Assembly (NCBI GenBank): GCA_963708075.1
Contig: OY970194.1
Location: 6,080,001-6,144,000 of the forward strand
Origin: Sedimentisphaerales bacterium
GTDB lineage: Bacteria > Planctomycetota > Phycisphaerae > Sedimentisphaerales > Anaerobacaceae
Length of the DNA: 64,000 bases
Direction of reading: 5' to 3'
The position numbers and the translations under genes are program-made. Numbering within the stretch: the first letter of the stretch is position 1; each line of letters opens with the position of its first letter. This document shows positions 1 to 10,428 of this stretch, one piece after another. The notes beneath the pieces are model-generated. The model worked only from the letters and a program-made list of their open reading frames with translations, was not told the origin of the DNA and did no database searches.

Positions 1-739
1 ACCAGATTAGTCTGGGGCATTCGATCAGCGCATCCGGGACGGGCTTGCCGTTATTGTCCACCACGTTCCCCTGCGCAAATAGTGAGAGTTTCTGGGAATT
101 GCGTGGCGCCAGCGGAAGGACGTATATGCCTGATGGGTGATCGCCGTCCATGTACTCCACGATAGCGGCACCATAGTCAGGGTGCTCGATCTTGATGGTA
201 AACGGTCTTCCCATCCGCCGCGGCGCTTGACCCTTGTCGTCCAAGGTGGCCTTGTATGGCATGATGGCGTGCTCGGCTTGAGCTTCGATGGACGCGCCTG
301 CCATGGGCCGTCCAAACGCGTCGACAAACGTCCACGATGGCGCGTAATCATAGTAGTTCCCTATGAGACTCGTCAACGGATAGCCCTTCTGATCAAACCC
401 ACTGTAGAGGATGAAGATGAACTGATTCAGAACCCTGGCGACCTCCTTGTCGGTCTGATCCTCACCCTGGATGAGAACGAATGCCGACTTGGATATGGTT
501 GGATATGCGGACTTGAGAGCACCGAGTTGGAGAACTCCATCGGCTACCGGGATGCTCACTGCTGTGTATTGCTCCGAATCGCTCCACGAGTCCGGGTAAA
601 GACGCCCCTGGACATTGTGGCCGTTGAGCGCGTCATACAAATGCTGCTGGGCCTCGTCCTCCGGCGTGGGAGTCTCTGCCTGCCCAAAGGCGAACGCGGC
701 TTGAATGACAATGACCGGGATGCACAATAGTCGTCTCAT
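1..739 (-). CDS. Secreted hypothetical protein, probable carboxypeptidase-regulatory-like domain; 3' end runs off the window
   Basis: Not in the ORF track. My translation from ATG 739 (GAGAGG upstream) is open to base 1: signal-like MRRLLCIPVIVIQAAFAFG, later GNVVDNNGKPVPDALI. Confidence 0.7.
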   Translation of the reverse strand, partial: MRRLLCIPVIVIQAAFAFGQAETPTPEDEAQQHLYDALNGHNVQGRLYPDSWSDSEQYTAVSIPVADGVLQLGALKSAYPTISKSAFVLIQGEDQTDKEVARVLNQFIFILYSGFDQKGYPLTSLIGNYYDYAPSWTFVDAFGRPMAGASIEAQAEHAIMPYKATLDDKGQAPRRMGRPFTIKIEHPDYGAAIVEYMDGDHPSGIYVLPLAPRNSQKLSLFAQGNVVDNNGKPVPDALIECPRLIW

Positions 740-835
740 ACAGGTAGCCTCTCACAATATGGAAAACTGGTGCCACTGTATCAAGGATGCCTAAACCGGG
801 CAAGTTCATACACGACACGATGTGTCAGAAGGCAT

Positions 836-2365
836 CTATTCGGCAGCGGCGGGGCCTTCGGGGCATGGGGCGGGCTTCGATGAGAGGGCCTCGCGAAGGT
901 GGGAGTGGCGGTAGCCGTAGGCGGCGTACACGGTGAGGCCGACGACGAGCCAGAGGCCGAAGCGAATCCACGAGGTCCGTGGAAGGTAGGCGATCATGCC
1001 CACGCAGGACAGCGCTCCGAGGGTGGGGATCAGGACGGGACCGAACGGTACACGGAAGGGGCGCGGGCGGTCAGGGGCTTTGAAGCGCAGGATCGAGACG
1101 CCGATACAGACCAGCAGGAAGGCGGAGAGTGTTCCGATATTCGTGAGGTCCACCATCTCGTCGATGTTCGAGACGCCGGCCAGGACTCCCACGCCGACGC
1201 CCGTCAGGATCGTCGCGACGTGTGGCGTGCGGAATCGCGGATGGACGCGAGCCAGCGACGCAGGCAGCAAACCGTCACGAGCCATGGCCATGAAGATCCT
1301 TGCCTGGCCGAGTTGAAAGACCAGCAGTACGGCCGTATGTGCGACGACCGAGCCAAAGGCCACGAGACCAATGATCGTATCGGACCGGCCGACGTGACGC
1401 AAGGCCACCGTCAGTGGCTCCGCCTGCTCGGATGCGTTCAGACTCTGCAGGACTGAGAACGGCACGAGGCCTGTAAAGACGACCGCGACCACTACGTAGA
1501 TGAGCGTGCTGACCACCAGGGATCCGAGAATCCCGATGGGCAGATCTCGCCCGGGTCGGCGTGTTTCCTCGGCGCAAGTCGAGACCGCATCGAATCCGAT
1601 ATAGGCGAAGAAGATGATCGCCGCTGCTGCCGCGATGCCACCGAATCCGTTCGGTGCGAAGGGGTGCCAGTTCTCGGGTTTGATGAAGCGAATTCCGACA
1701 AAGCAGAAGAGCCCCAGCACCAGGAGCTTGATGATCACCATGACGGCGGTGGCCCGCGCGGACTCGCGCACGCCCCAGACCAGGAGCACGGACAGAACGG
1801 CCACGATGCCGATGGCCAGCAGGTTGAACACGATGGGCACGCCGAACACGTGCGGAGCGCCGGCGATGACGTCCGGCATCTTCTGGGCCGCCGTGCGATA
1901 ATCGACGGTCAGCCAGGCGGGCAGGTTCAGGCCGAAGCCCGATAGGAGCGTGTTGAAGTAGTTGGCCCAGGAGATCGCGACGGCGACGTTGCCGATGGCG
2001 TATTCAAGGATCAGGTCCCACCCGATGATCCACGCGATCAGCTCGCCGAGCGTGGCGTAGGTAAAGGTGTAGGCCGAGCCGGACACGGGGACCAGCGAGG
2101 CCAGCTCCGCATAGCACAGTCCTGTGAAGGCGCACACGATTGCCGTCAGGACGAATGAGAGGATCAGGGCGGGACCGGCGCCCTGGCGGACCGTATCGCC
2201 GGCCGCCGCTGTCCCGATTGTTGCGAAGATGCCTGCACCGATCGTGGCGCCGATGCCCAGCGCGATCAGATCGATAGGCCCGAGGACCCTTCGAAGCGAG
2301 TGCCGGCGCTCCTGAGTCTCGGCGATCAGCCTCTCGACGGGTTTCGTGAGGAACAGTGAAGCCAT
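836..2365 (-). CDS. Amino acid permease, APC family
   Basis: LGIGATIGAGIF, YAELAS.VP.SGSAYT, FAYIGFDAV motifs and ~12 TM segments. Start may be ATG 2365 or 2395. Confidence 0.92.
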   Translation of the reverse strand: MASLFLTKPVERLIAETQERRHSLRRVLGPIDLIALGIGATIGAGIFATIGTAAAGDTVRQGAGPALILSFVLTAIVCAFTGLCYAELASLVPVSGSAYTFTYATLGELIAWIIGWDLILEYAIGNVAVAISWANYFNTLLSGFGLNLPAWLTVDYRTAAQKMPDVIAGAPHVFGVPIVFNLLAIGIVAVLSVLLVWGVRESARATAVMVIIKLLVLGLFCFVGIRFIKPENWHPFAPNGFGGIAAAAAIIFFAYIGFDAVSTCAEETRRPGRDLPIGILGSLVVSTLIYVVVAVVFTGLVPFSVLQSLNASEQAEPLTVALRHVGRSDTIIGLVAFGSVVAHTAVLLVFQLGQARIFMAMARDGLLPASLARVHPRFRTPHVATILTGVGVGVLAGVSNIDEMVDLTNIGTLSAFLLVCIGVSILRFKAPDRPRPFRVPFGPVLIPTLGALSCVGMIAYLPRTSWIRFGLWLVVGLTVYAAYGYRHSHLREALSSKPAPCPEGPAAAE

Positions 2366-2425
2366 GGGGCACGAGGGTAGCTGTACCCGGTCCATGTGTC
2401 AAGCGTCAATGCCTCGCGTTCCTGG

Positions 2426-3835
2426 TCAGTGGGTCAGGGGCTTGTTGAGATCGACAGGATATTTCTGCCAGGGGACGGCGCCGGACTTTGTGATGTGGTT
2501 TTGCAGGGCTTTGAAGAGCTTGGCGTACATCGGGTGCTTGCTGTCGAGCGGCTTCTCCTCCTTTGGATCATCCTTGAGGTTGTAGAGTTCGAGCGGCTCG
2601 AAGGGGCTGTTTTGCAGGAGCTTGAAGTCGCCTTGCCGGGCGGCGTAGTAGGCCCGGCCGCCGTAGCGATTCCCGCCTTCGCGACGGACCCAGAACAGGA
2701 CGCGATCCTCCTCACGTTGATCGCTGCCCGTCAGAGTCGGCAGGATACTCCGGCCGTCGATCTCGTGCTCGATCTTGACGCCCGCGGCTTCGCAGATCGT
2801 GGGGAACAGGTCCATTGTCAGCGCGACACGGTCGCTGCGCGAGCCTGCCTTGATCCGGCCGGGCCAGACGGCGCACATTGGCTCGCGGATGCCGCCTTCG
2901 TACATGTCGCCCTTGCCCGCCCGCAACGGACCATTGCTCGCGCCGAGATTGATCTGGCCGCCATTGTCGGAGGTGAAGATCACGAACGTGTTGTCGGCCA
3001 AGCCGGCTTCCTTCAGCGTATCCACGACCTTGCCGATGCCGGCGTCGAGATGTTCGATCAAGGCCACGAGAGCAGATCGCTTGTCGCTGATCCCTTCTTC
3101 CCGCTGCTTGACGCGCTCGAGCCACTCCTGCGGCGGCTGGATCGGCGCGTGCGGAGCGTTATACGCCAGGTACAGAAAGAAGGGCTGCTTTTCGCGCGAC
3201 CGCTCACGGAGGTAGTCAACGGCCCACTGGGTGAACAGGTCCGTGGCGTGTCCCTCGGGGTCGATTTCCTTGTTGTCAAGGCGCATGTAGTTGAAGCCGT
3301 GGCGGCGATGGGTGTAATAGTCGTCCATCATGTCGCCGAGGAAGCCGTGGAAATGATCGAAGCCGCGTTCGTTGGGTATGTTCGGCGAGGCCAGACCCAG
3401 ATGCCATTTGCCGATGAGTGCCGTGTGATAGCCTGCCCGCTTGAGCAGTTGCGGCAGCAGAATCGCCTGCGGGAGCAGGTAGCCCCAGTTGTCGGCGATG
3501 TGCGTTCGGATCACACCCGGCACGCCGACGAGATCCGGGAACCGCCCGGTCAGCAGCGACGCCCGCGTCGGCGAGCACACAGGGCAGTTCGCATAGAAAC
3601 GCTCGAATCGCATCCCGGCCGCGATCAGCCCATCGATATTCGGCGTCTTCAAGTCTGTCGCCCCGTAGGCAGACAGATCGCCATATCCAAGATCGTCCGC
3701 GAGAATCACAACGACATTCGATTTGCTGCTCGCGTTCTGTCCCATCGCGGTCAGCCCGCGCGGCAGACTCATCACTGCCGCGCCGAGCCCGGCCATCTTG
3801 AGAAAATCGCGTCGTGTGCCGTCGAACCCAATCAT
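2426..3835 (-). CDS. Arylsulfatase-family sulfatase, Tat-exported
   Basis: TRRDFLK signal, ADDLGYGD, CSPTRASLLTGR formylglycine motif, GKWHLG, SDNG. Confidence 0.93.
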   Translation of the reverse strand: MIGFDGTRRDFLKMAGLGAAVMSLPRGLTAMGQNASSKSNVVVILADDLGYGDLSAYGATDLKTPNIDGLIAAGMRFERFYANCPVCSPTRASLLTGRFPDLVGVPGVIRTHIADNWGYLLPQAILLPQLLKRAGYHTALIGKWHLGLASPNIPNERGFDHFHGFLGDMMDDYYTHRRHGFNYMRLDNKEIDPEGHATDLFTQWAVDYLRERSREKQPFFLYLAYNAPHAPIQPPQEWLERVKQREEGISDKRSALVALIEHLDAGIGKVVDTLKEAGLADNTFVIFTSDNGGQINLGASNGPLRAGKGDMYEGGIREPMCAVWPGRIKAGSRSDRVALTMDLFPTICEAAGVKIEHEIDGRSILPTLTGSDQREEDRVLFWVRREGGNRYGGRAYYAARQGDFKLLQNSPFEPLELYNLKDDPKEEKPLDSKHPMYAKLFKALQNHITKSGAVPWQKYPVDLNKPLTH

Positions 3836-6297
3836 GGTTCCCTCGCTTCGAGACTCATCGTCGTCGCCGCGACCTCATCGACAGCCTTTCGTGAGAGCGG
3901 AGCAGGGTGGAGTTTGCCCTGGCCCCAGAGTTCGTAGTTGCACAAGTGATATGGACTGTCCGGATGCTCCGACTGGCCGACGGGCAGGATGGACATCGAT
4001 TGGTCCACGTTGTCGAGCCGGACGTACTGGGTGTAGGACTGGGCCTTCTGCGAGAGGATCGTGCCGCCTTCGATGCACTGCAGGGCAGGCAGCGTGATAT
4101 CCCGCTGCTCGTCGAGCGAGCCAAAGCCGTCCAGCGTGGACATGTACTGCATCTTCGTCTCGATCAGTTCCTTCTTTGCCCGCTCATTCCACTGGTTCGG
4201 ATCGCTGCCGTAGGAGGCCGCGCCGTACCGCCACGCCGCTCGCACCATAAGGTTGACGTAGTCGGCCTCCTCGTCGGTCAGCGAGGCCTGTGGATTGGCC
4301 TTGATCCGCTCCCCGATCGTCTGGAGCATGCTGCACAGGCCGGAGAGACCGCCGCCGTATGTGAGCGCCGCGCTGAAGTTCTGCCGGAACGCCATCGGCA
4401 TCAGGTTGACGATCTCGGTTCCGGGAATCGACATCTCCAGCTTGCAGCCCTCGATCACCCAGGATTGGAGGTAGTCGAGCGCTTTGAGCGTGTCCTCTTC
4501 GAGCGGATACTTCTGGACGTCGCGGAGGTGGTAGCCGAGCTTGACAAGATCGCGCTTGATGGCGTTGACGGTATCGTAGTGGATGCTGAGCACATCCTCC
4601 GGCGTGAACTGCTCGACGGCCCGGACACGCTCCTTCAGTCGCCAGGAGCGGTCGGTGTCGCCGAGGCTGCCGGTCGAGATGCCCAGGGAGATCGGGTAGA
4701 ACGACGCGATGGGCCGATGGTTCGCGCTGACCAGCCAGCCCTGCTCCGGATTGATGACCTGGGGCAGCAGCTCGTCAGGCAAGATGCCTTGCCAGTCGTT
4801 GGCGCTGTCCCATCCTTCGTGGGTGGCCCGGTCGTCCAGCAGCGAATGGGCCGAGCGGACGGGCAGGGCGAGGATCGTCTTGAATCCGATGTTGCCCTTG
4901 CTGTCGCCGAAGACGCAATTCGCACTCGGGAAGCTCCAGCCGCCGAGCGCCTTTTGGAATTCGCGTGCATCGCCGGCCCGCATCATGTTCAGAATGCCTC
5001 GGAACGTATCGCGCTGGGGCTCGCAGATCGGGATGCGTTTCAGGGTCACTTCATCCCCGGGATGGACGCCTGTTGCGATGGATGTCACCACCGGGCCCAA
5101 AGAGGTCTGTCTGGCCGTCAGTGTCTGCGGCTGTGCATCTTTGACCTTGATGGTCTCTGTACGGACCTCCATATCGCGCCACTGCCCGTCGAGGAAATAC
5201 TGGTTGGGGTGGTTCGGGTCGGTCTTGAGGAGAAACAGGTCCGCCTGGTCGGCGCCGAGGGCGGTCAAACCCCAGGCGATGTTGGGCGTGAAGCCGATCA
5301 GGATGTTCGGACTGCCTGCGACACCGAGGCCGCGGGCGTTGAAGGTCTTGCCGGTGATGTGGAACTCGTACCAGAGCGAAGGATTACGCACGGGGGTCTG
5401 CGGATCGCTGATGAGCACCGTCGAGCCGGTCGTGGTCCTTTTGCCTCCGACGACCCAGGCATGGCTGAACCTCGGCCCCGGCCGCTGTGCGGCAGGCGTC
5501 ACATCCACCTTTCGTGTCACGCCGTGCGCAATCGCGTAATCCAGAACCTCCTGCACCCAGGCATCAGTGACATCACTGCGTTGGATCACCGATGCGTCGT
5601 CGCGTATCGGCATGCCCTGAGCGGCCCCGGCACTATCCGTCGGTGCGAACTGGCGGACCTGCCTGGCGCCTTCCTTGATCTGGTAGTAGGCCGTCATCTC
5701 GTTGAGACCATCGCCGGAGAAGAACAATCCAAGCCGCCACCACGAGGCGATGCAGTCGGTCGGCGTCCAAGACTCCGGCCGCAGGTCGTACTTGCCAAAG
5801 AGGTACAACAGGTCGTTCGGATGGCCGGCGATGTAGTCGTTGACGCCCCGGCAGTAGGCCTCCAGCAGTCCCCGCGTCTCAGGATCGAGCTGCCGGGCCG
5901 TTTCCTGGGCGGCTCGGTAATAGCCGATGGTCCGCATCTGAATGTCGCTGCGCAGGGCCGAGTTCTTACCCTGAGGCAGTTGGCGTGTGGCGCCGATCTT
6001 CACGTCGCCAATCACCTCCGCCAGCTTGCCCTGGATGATTCGCAGGTTGTAGTACATCTGAAAGGCCCGGTCCTCGGCCGTAGCGTAGCCGAGTCCGTAC
6101 AAGGCCCCGGCGTCACTCTTAGCAAAGACATGGGGTACACCCCATCGGTCCCGCAGCAACTCAATCTGCCCATAGTCGCCGGCCCCCGCCGAGCGAATAG
6201 ACCGAGGATGGTTCTCTTTGCCCTCCGCCATCCTGCATCCGGCGAAGATCAGCGTGAGGATCAGAAGATTGGTCAGGAACGCGGACGCCACTCTCAT
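3832..6297 (-). CDS. Penicillin acylase family (Ntn hydrolase), probable lipoprotein
   Basis: RDRWGVPH, GYATAEDR, SHAWVV nucleophile segment, SANHR; FAGC lipobox. Confidence 0.88.
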   Translation of the reverse strand: MRVASAFLTNLLILTLIFAGCRMAEGKENHPRSIRSAGAGDYGQIELLRDRWGVPHVFAKSDAGALYGLGYATAEDRAFQMYYNLRIIQGKLAEVIGDVKIGATRQLPQGKNSALRSDIQMRTIGYYRAAQETARQLDPETRGLLEAYCRGVNDYIAGHPNDLLYLFGKYDLRPESWTPTDCIASWWRLGLFFSGDGLNEMTAYYQIKEGARQVRQFAPTDSAGAAQGMPIRDDASVIQRSDVTDAWVQEVLDYAIAHGVTRKVDVTPAAQRPGPRFSHAWVVGGKRTTTGSTVLISDPQTPVRNPSLWYEFHITGKTFNARGLGVAGSPNILIGFTPNIAWGLTALGADQADLFLLKTDPNHPNQYFLDGQWRDMEVRTETIKVKDAQPQTLTARQTSLGPVVTSIATGVHPGDEVTLKRIPICEPQRDTFRGILNMMRAGDAREFQKALGGWSFPSANCVFGDSKGNIGFKTILALPVRSAHSLLDDRATHEGWDSANDWQGILPDELLPQVINPEQGWLVSANHRPIASFYPISLGISTGSLGDTDRSWRLKERVRAVEQFTPEDVLSIHYDTVNAIKRDLVKLGYHLRDVQKYPLEEDTLKALDYLQSWVIEGCKLEMSIPGTEIVNLMPMAFRQNFSAALTYGGGLSGLCSMLQTIGERIKANPQASLTDEEADYVNLMVRAAWRYGAASYGSDPNQWNERAKKELIETKMQYMSTLDGFGSLDEQRDITLPALQCIEGGTILSQKAQSYTQYVRLDNVDQSMSILPVGQSEHPDSPYHLCNYELWGQGKLHPAPLSRKAVDEVAATTMSLEAREP

Positions 6298-6312
6298 GCA
6301 AACCTCCTATTG

Positions 6313-7041
6313 CTATGAAATTGTGCTGTCACTCGACTTGGAGTCATCATTGTCTCGTTTGTCGTATCCTGCACCGGCGACGAGAACGACGTATTCGCCT
6401 TTTGGGTTCTCTTCGGTGCCGGCAAGGAGCTCGGAGAGCCGGCCGCGACGCACTGACTCATAGATCTTCGTCAGCTCCTTGGCGACGGCGGCGGGGCGGT
6501 CGCCGAAGACGGCCAGCGCATCTTCCAGCAGCCGTCGCACGCGGAAGGGGCTCTCGTAGTAGATGAGCGTGTAGGGGGAGTCCTTGTCGGCTTCGAGGAA
6601 GTGACGTCGCTGGCCGCCCTTGTGCGGCGGGAAACCCCTGAATGTGAAACTGTGCACCGGCAGGCCCGAGAGCACCAGGGCGGTCACGAACGCCGTCGGG
6701 CCGGGAATGGCCGTTACTTCGATGCCCGCTTCGATGGCTTGGCGCAGCAGCACGAAGCCGGGATCGGAGATGCCGGGCGTGCCTGCGCTGGTGACCACGG
6801 CCACCGACTTGCCTTCTTCGAGCAGGCGGATGATTCGCGGGGCCACCAGACGCTCTTTATGCTCGTAGTAGGCGATTTGCGGCTTTTGGATTTCGAAGTG
6901 CTTCAGCAGCAGCCCGGTCCTGCGCGTATCCTCGCTGACGACATAATCGGCCCGGCGCAGCGTCTCCAGCGCCCGCAGCGTGATGTCACTGAGGTTCCCT
7001 ATCGGCGTCGCCACGAAATACAATGTGCCGGTCTGCGCCAT
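6313..7041 (-). CDS. rsmI: 16S rRNA (C1402) 2'-O-methyltransferase
   Basis: [40 protein letters not shown]. Start placed at ATG 7041. Confidence 0.93.
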   Translation of the reverse strand: MAQTGTLYFVATPIGNLSDITLRALETLRRADYVVSEDTRRTGLLLKHFEIQKPQIAYYEHKERLVAPRIIRLLEEGKSVAVVTSAGTPGISDPGFVLLRQAIEAGIEVTAIPGPTAFVTALVLSGLPVHSFTFRGFPPHKGGQRRHFLEADKDSPYTLIYYESPFRVRRLLEDALAVFGDRPAAVAKELTKIYESVRRGRLSELLAGTEENPKGEYVVLVAGAGYDKRDNDDSKSSDSTIS

Positions 7042-7042
7042 C

Positions 7043-7792
7043 TCATGCCTCCATTTCGCCAAGCTCGTAGAGGATGAGGGCGCAGGCGACCGTTGCCGCG
7101 GTCTCCGTCCGCAGGATGCGCGGGCCCAGGCCGACCCGGACGGCGCCCTTTTCACAGGCCAGAGCCACTTCCTCCTCCGTGAAGCCGCCTTCCGGACCGA
7201 TCATGACGGCGACCGAGGCGGGGGAACGCGTGATATCCTTCAAGGCGTCTCGTAATGTCGCGGCTCCCTCGGATGGTGCGGCGATGATACAGCGGTCATA
7301 GTCCCGCAGGCGGAGGACCGCCTGATCGAATGGGATGAGCGGTTCGAGTTGTGGAATGTGGCCGCGATGAGACTGCTCTGCTGCTTCCATGAGAATCCGC
7401 TGCCAGCGATCCAGCTTGTTCTCCTCGATGGTCTTCGTCCGCACGAGGCTGCGTTCTGTCAGAACGGGCACGAATTGTGTTACGCCCAGCTCCGTGCCCT
7501 TTTGGAGCACCCACTCGAATTTTTCTCGTGCCAGCAGGCTCTGAAACAGGGTGAGTTCCGCCCTTGGCTCGCCGCGTGCGCGATGCCTGCTCGTCACTTG
7601 CCCGGTGGTTTCTTTCCGGTCGACTGTCGTCAGAGTCACGTCGTACTCGGTTCCGCTGTCATCGAGCACAACGATGGTGTCGCCCGGCCTGAGCCGTAGC
7701 ACGTGGCAGACCTGGTGCGACTGCTCGGGGCTCAACTGAACCCGGTCGCCTTCGATGTCCGACGCCGAAATGAAGAAATGATTCGCACTCAC
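7043..7792 (-). CDS. rsmE: 16S rRNA (U1498) N3-methyltransferase
   Basis: [37 protein letters not shown]. Confidence 0.95.
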   Translation of the reverse strand: MSANHFFISASDIEGDRVQLSPEQSHQVCHVLRLRPGDTIVVLDDSGTEYDVTLTTVDRKETTGQVTSRHRARGEPRAELTLFQSLLAREKFEWVLQKGTELGVTQFVPVLTERSLVRTKTIEENKLDRWQRILMEAAEQSHRGHIPQLEPLIPFDQAVLRLRDYDRCIIAAPSEGAATLRDALKDITRSPASVAVMIGPEGGFTEEEVALACEKGAVRVGLGPRILRTETAATVACALILYELGEMEA

Positions 7793-7798
7793 GGTTTT

Positions 7799-7888
7799 CT
7801 ATTTACGACTTACGATTTTCGATTTATGAATGGACCTTGCGGAATGCAGATCCGGCTCAATCATAAATCGTAAATGATAGATCGTACA
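7799..7888. repeat. Heptamer-periodic inverted repeat (GATTTAC-like / GTAAATC-like arms) between host genes
   Basis: atttacgacttacgattttcgatttatgaa ... aatcataaatcgtaaatgatagatcgta. Confidence 0.8.
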
Positions 7889-7898
7889 ACATAATTCA

Positions 7899-8546
7899 AT
7901 GATTGACACCCTGTACGAAGACGACGATATCCTGGCGGTCAACAAGCCGGAAGGGCTGGTGGCGGTTCCGGAACGCCGGCGGCTGGACCAGTCGCTTTTT
8001 GAGATGCTCTGCGCCGAGCGGGGGGAGAAGCTCTACATCGTTCATCGCATCGACCGGGAAACCAGCGGCGTGATCGTCTTTGCCCGCAACGCAGAGGCCC
8101 ACCGGCAACTCAATCGCCAATTTGAAACCCGCTCGGTCGCAAAGGTGTACCTGGCCCTTGTTCACGGTGTTATTGGCGACGACCAGGGCGAGATTGATAA
8201 GCCGCTGCGGCAGTTCGGCTCCGGCCGGGTGGCTGTCGATGCCCAGCGCGGCAAGGCCAGCCTCACCGAGTTCCGCGTCCTGGAGCGATTGGAGGCGTTC
8301 ACGCTCGTTGATGTCCGCCCACACACCGGCCGCCGGCATCAAATCCGTGTGCACTTCTACAATATCGGCCACCCCATCGTCGGTGATCCCCTGTACGGTG
8401 ATAAAGCCATCCAGAGCCACTATCCGCGCCTCATGCTCCACGCCTGGCGCCTGACACTCGACCTATCCGCCGGCAAACGCATGACCGTTGAAGCTCCCGT
8501 CCCCAAATCCTTCAATCATGTTCTACAAACAGCCCCCAGAGAATAG
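7899..8546 (+). CDS. RluA-family RNA pseudouridine synthase
   Basis: VNKPEGL, VHRIDRETSG catalytic motif, TGRRHQIRVH, GHPIVGD.LYG. Confidence 0.93.
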   Translation: MIDTLYEDDDILAVNKPEGLVAVPERRRLDQSLFEMLCAERGEKLYIVHRIDRETSGVIVFARNAEAHRQLNRQFETRSVAKVYLALVHGVIGDDQGEIDKPLRQFGSGRVAVDAQRGKASLTEFRVLERLEAFTLVDVRPHTGRRHQIRVHFYNIGHPIVGDPLYGDKAIQSHYPRLMLHAWRLTLDLSAGKRMTVEAPVPKSFNHVLQTAPRE

Positions 8547-8764
8547 ATCATTCGTATAGCGAGAGTGATCCGCCGCACAACAAACTGCTGCTTGACAAGG
8601 ATTTCGGAACAGCGTATATGTATACGCCTGTCTATCCATTGTCGCATTGATGGTGTGGATGCGACATCTTTGTGCCGCGGTTGAGGATGGCCGCGGTTGT
8701 GCATGGCGGGAGCCGGCGTGTTGGGCACGTCGCCCCCGGATTGGAAGTCTGGGTTTGAGCTGAG

Positions 8765-9334
8765 GTGATTACTGTGAAAGCAAGTGAAATGCGGCCGGGG
8801 ATGGCCATTATCCTTGATGGTCAGTTGTGCATCTGCACGCAGGCGACCCACGTAACCCCTGGAAACCTCCGGGCGTTCGTGCAGGCGAAGCTGCGGCGTC
8901 TCTCCGATGGCATCATGATGGAGAAGCGTCTGCGATCCACGGAGGACGTGGAGGAGGCGTTCTTGGATAAGCGAGACATGGAGTATCTCTACTCGGACAA
9001 GAACTCGCACGTGTTCATGGACACCCAGACCTACGACCAGATAACGGTCTCCGAGGAACTGCTCGGCGATGCGATAAAGTACTTCAAGCCCAATACGCCC
9101 GTTACGGCCCTGCTGCACGAGGAGAGAATCGTCAGCATTGAGCTGCCCAAGGTTGTGGAGCTGGCGGTCACAGAGACCACGCCCCAGCCCAAGGGCGCCA
9201 CGGCCACGAACCAGATGAAAGACGCCACCCTGGAAACCGGCCTGCGGACCCGTGTGCCGCCGTTCATCGAGGTCGGCGAGGTCCTCCGCATCAACACCGA
9301 AGACGGCAGCTATCTCAGCCGAGCGAAGGGCTGA
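8765..9334 (+). CDS. efp: Elongation factor P with PGNL loop
   Basis: HVTPGNLRAFVQ.KLR, YLYSD, FMD.QTYDQI, KDATLETG, VPPFI.VGE. Confidence 0.93.
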   Translation: MITVKASEMRPGMAIILDGQLCICTQATHVTPGNLRAFVQAKLRRLSDGIMMEKRLRSTEDVEEAFLDKRDMEYLYSDKNSHVFMDTQTYDQITVSEELLGDAIKYFKPNTPVTALLHEERIVSIELPKVVELAVTETTPQPKGATATNQMKDATLETGLRTRVPPFIEVGEVLRINTEDGSYLSRAKG

Positions 9335-9382
9335 TGCTATCACCGACCATGGTTGCGGGCGATCATTTGGAGTTCTCTTGCT

Positions 9383-9808
9383 TCATGTTTGCCCGGCCAG
9401 GGCAGCCAGGAGGCGGCTGGCAGTCTCGGGGGACAGGTCGGCGGCGGGGGCGGAGGGCTCTGAAGCCGGTGGCGTGTCCGATGGTGTTTTGTGGCCTGCG
9501 GGATGCTGCATGGAGATGATGTCAAGGCAGGCTTTGCGAGCAGTCTCCTCCTTTTTTGATGCGATCAATTGGATCAGCTTGCGGGCAGCCTTGGGGGCGT
9601 TGCGGGCGAGGATTATGTGGCTTTGACGGTAGCCGCCGGCAATCCGCTGCTCGAATTGCCGGGTGAATCGCTCGTCCGTGAGCCATTTCTCATAGAGGAC
9701 GCTGGGCACATGGTGCTTCTTGAGCACGGTTTGCTCTGTACTCCTACCCGTGAACAAACCGTCAAGAACTGCGAGTTGTCGTTTGGTCAGTTTCGTCGAT
9801 TCAGGCAT
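9383..9808 (-). CDS. HTH protein resembling phage terminase small subunit (phBC6A51-like)
   Basis: LTKRQ...LYEKWLTDERF N-terminal HTH, then KAARKLIQLIASKKEETARKACLDII helical hairpin. Pattern recognition only. Confidence 0.5.
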   Translation of the reverse strand: MPESTKLTKRQLAVLDGLFTGRSTEQTVLKKHHVPSVLYEKWLTDERFTRQFEQRIAGGYRQSHIILARNAPKAARKLIQLIASKKEETARKACLDIISMQHPAGHKTPSDTPPASEPSAPAADLSPETASRLLAALAGQT

Positions 9809-9965
9809 GGTTTTACCCTCGTTCTGAATGGTTGGTTGATAGTTGCTGTAAGGACTTCGGAACGGTCTTTGAACATTGGCAAGCAGGTGTTACACTCGGC
9901 AAGAGATGCATTTTGTGCGGCGTCATGTGCGATAGTACGGCAGTAGTGAGCAGACTCACAGCCAT

Positions 9966-10280
9966 ATGAACCCCAAAGCGGCTGAAGCGTGGAATTTCGC
10001 CCTGGCGAAGATGGAGTCGGCCAGGCAGCTCATCGAGAGCGGACAGGACGAGCAGGCCAAGACGGAGATTGCCAAGGCGGTCTATGTCGGGGCCGGCGCC
10101 CTGTACTATCTGTTCGGCCCCGGTCAGGAGGAGCAGGTCGCCTACCAGGCAGCCCAGAGCTTCATCAAGGACATGGCGACTGAGGACGCCTCCGCCGCCG
10201 AGGCCTTCGACGCCGCCAGGAAGATCCTCACCTACATTGCTGCCATATCACCCCCCGAAGACAGACTCCCGGTACCGTGA
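9966..10280 (+). CDS. Hypothetical helical protein, degenerate HEPN-like
   Basis: ALAKMESARQLIESGQ..QA....AKAVY and AAEAFDAARKIL resemble HEPN helices; no RxxxxH motif. Confidence 0.4.
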   Translation: MNPKAAEAWNFALAKMESARQLIESGQDEQAKTEIAKAVYVGAGALYYLFGPGQEEQVAYQAAQSFIKDMATEDASAAEAFDAARKILTYIAAISPPEDRLPVP

Positions 10281-10428
10281 AGATCAGGAAGGGAGGAAGG
10301 TGAGAAGCCATTTCCCGCCTTCCACCGCGAATGTGAGAACGTTGGACGGGACGGAACGTATCCGAAGACGCAGGCTGCTGAGATGGCAACAACTGCATGG
10401 ATATCATCGAAAGATCTCAGGAGAAGCT

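Noticed and set aside
137..730. 197 aa + strand ORF
   Set aside because: Shadow of the minus-strand secreted protein starting at 739, which has an RBS and signal peptide.
2396..6318. Long + strand ORFs (513 and 803 aa), and similar ones at 38206, 48954, 52496
   Set aside because: Antisense shadows of well-supported genes, expected from GC-rich codon bias; no motifs.
8640..8760. Hairpins upstream of efp as a tRNA, riboswitch or att site
   Set aside because: No cloverleaf or T-loop, and no family I can recognise.
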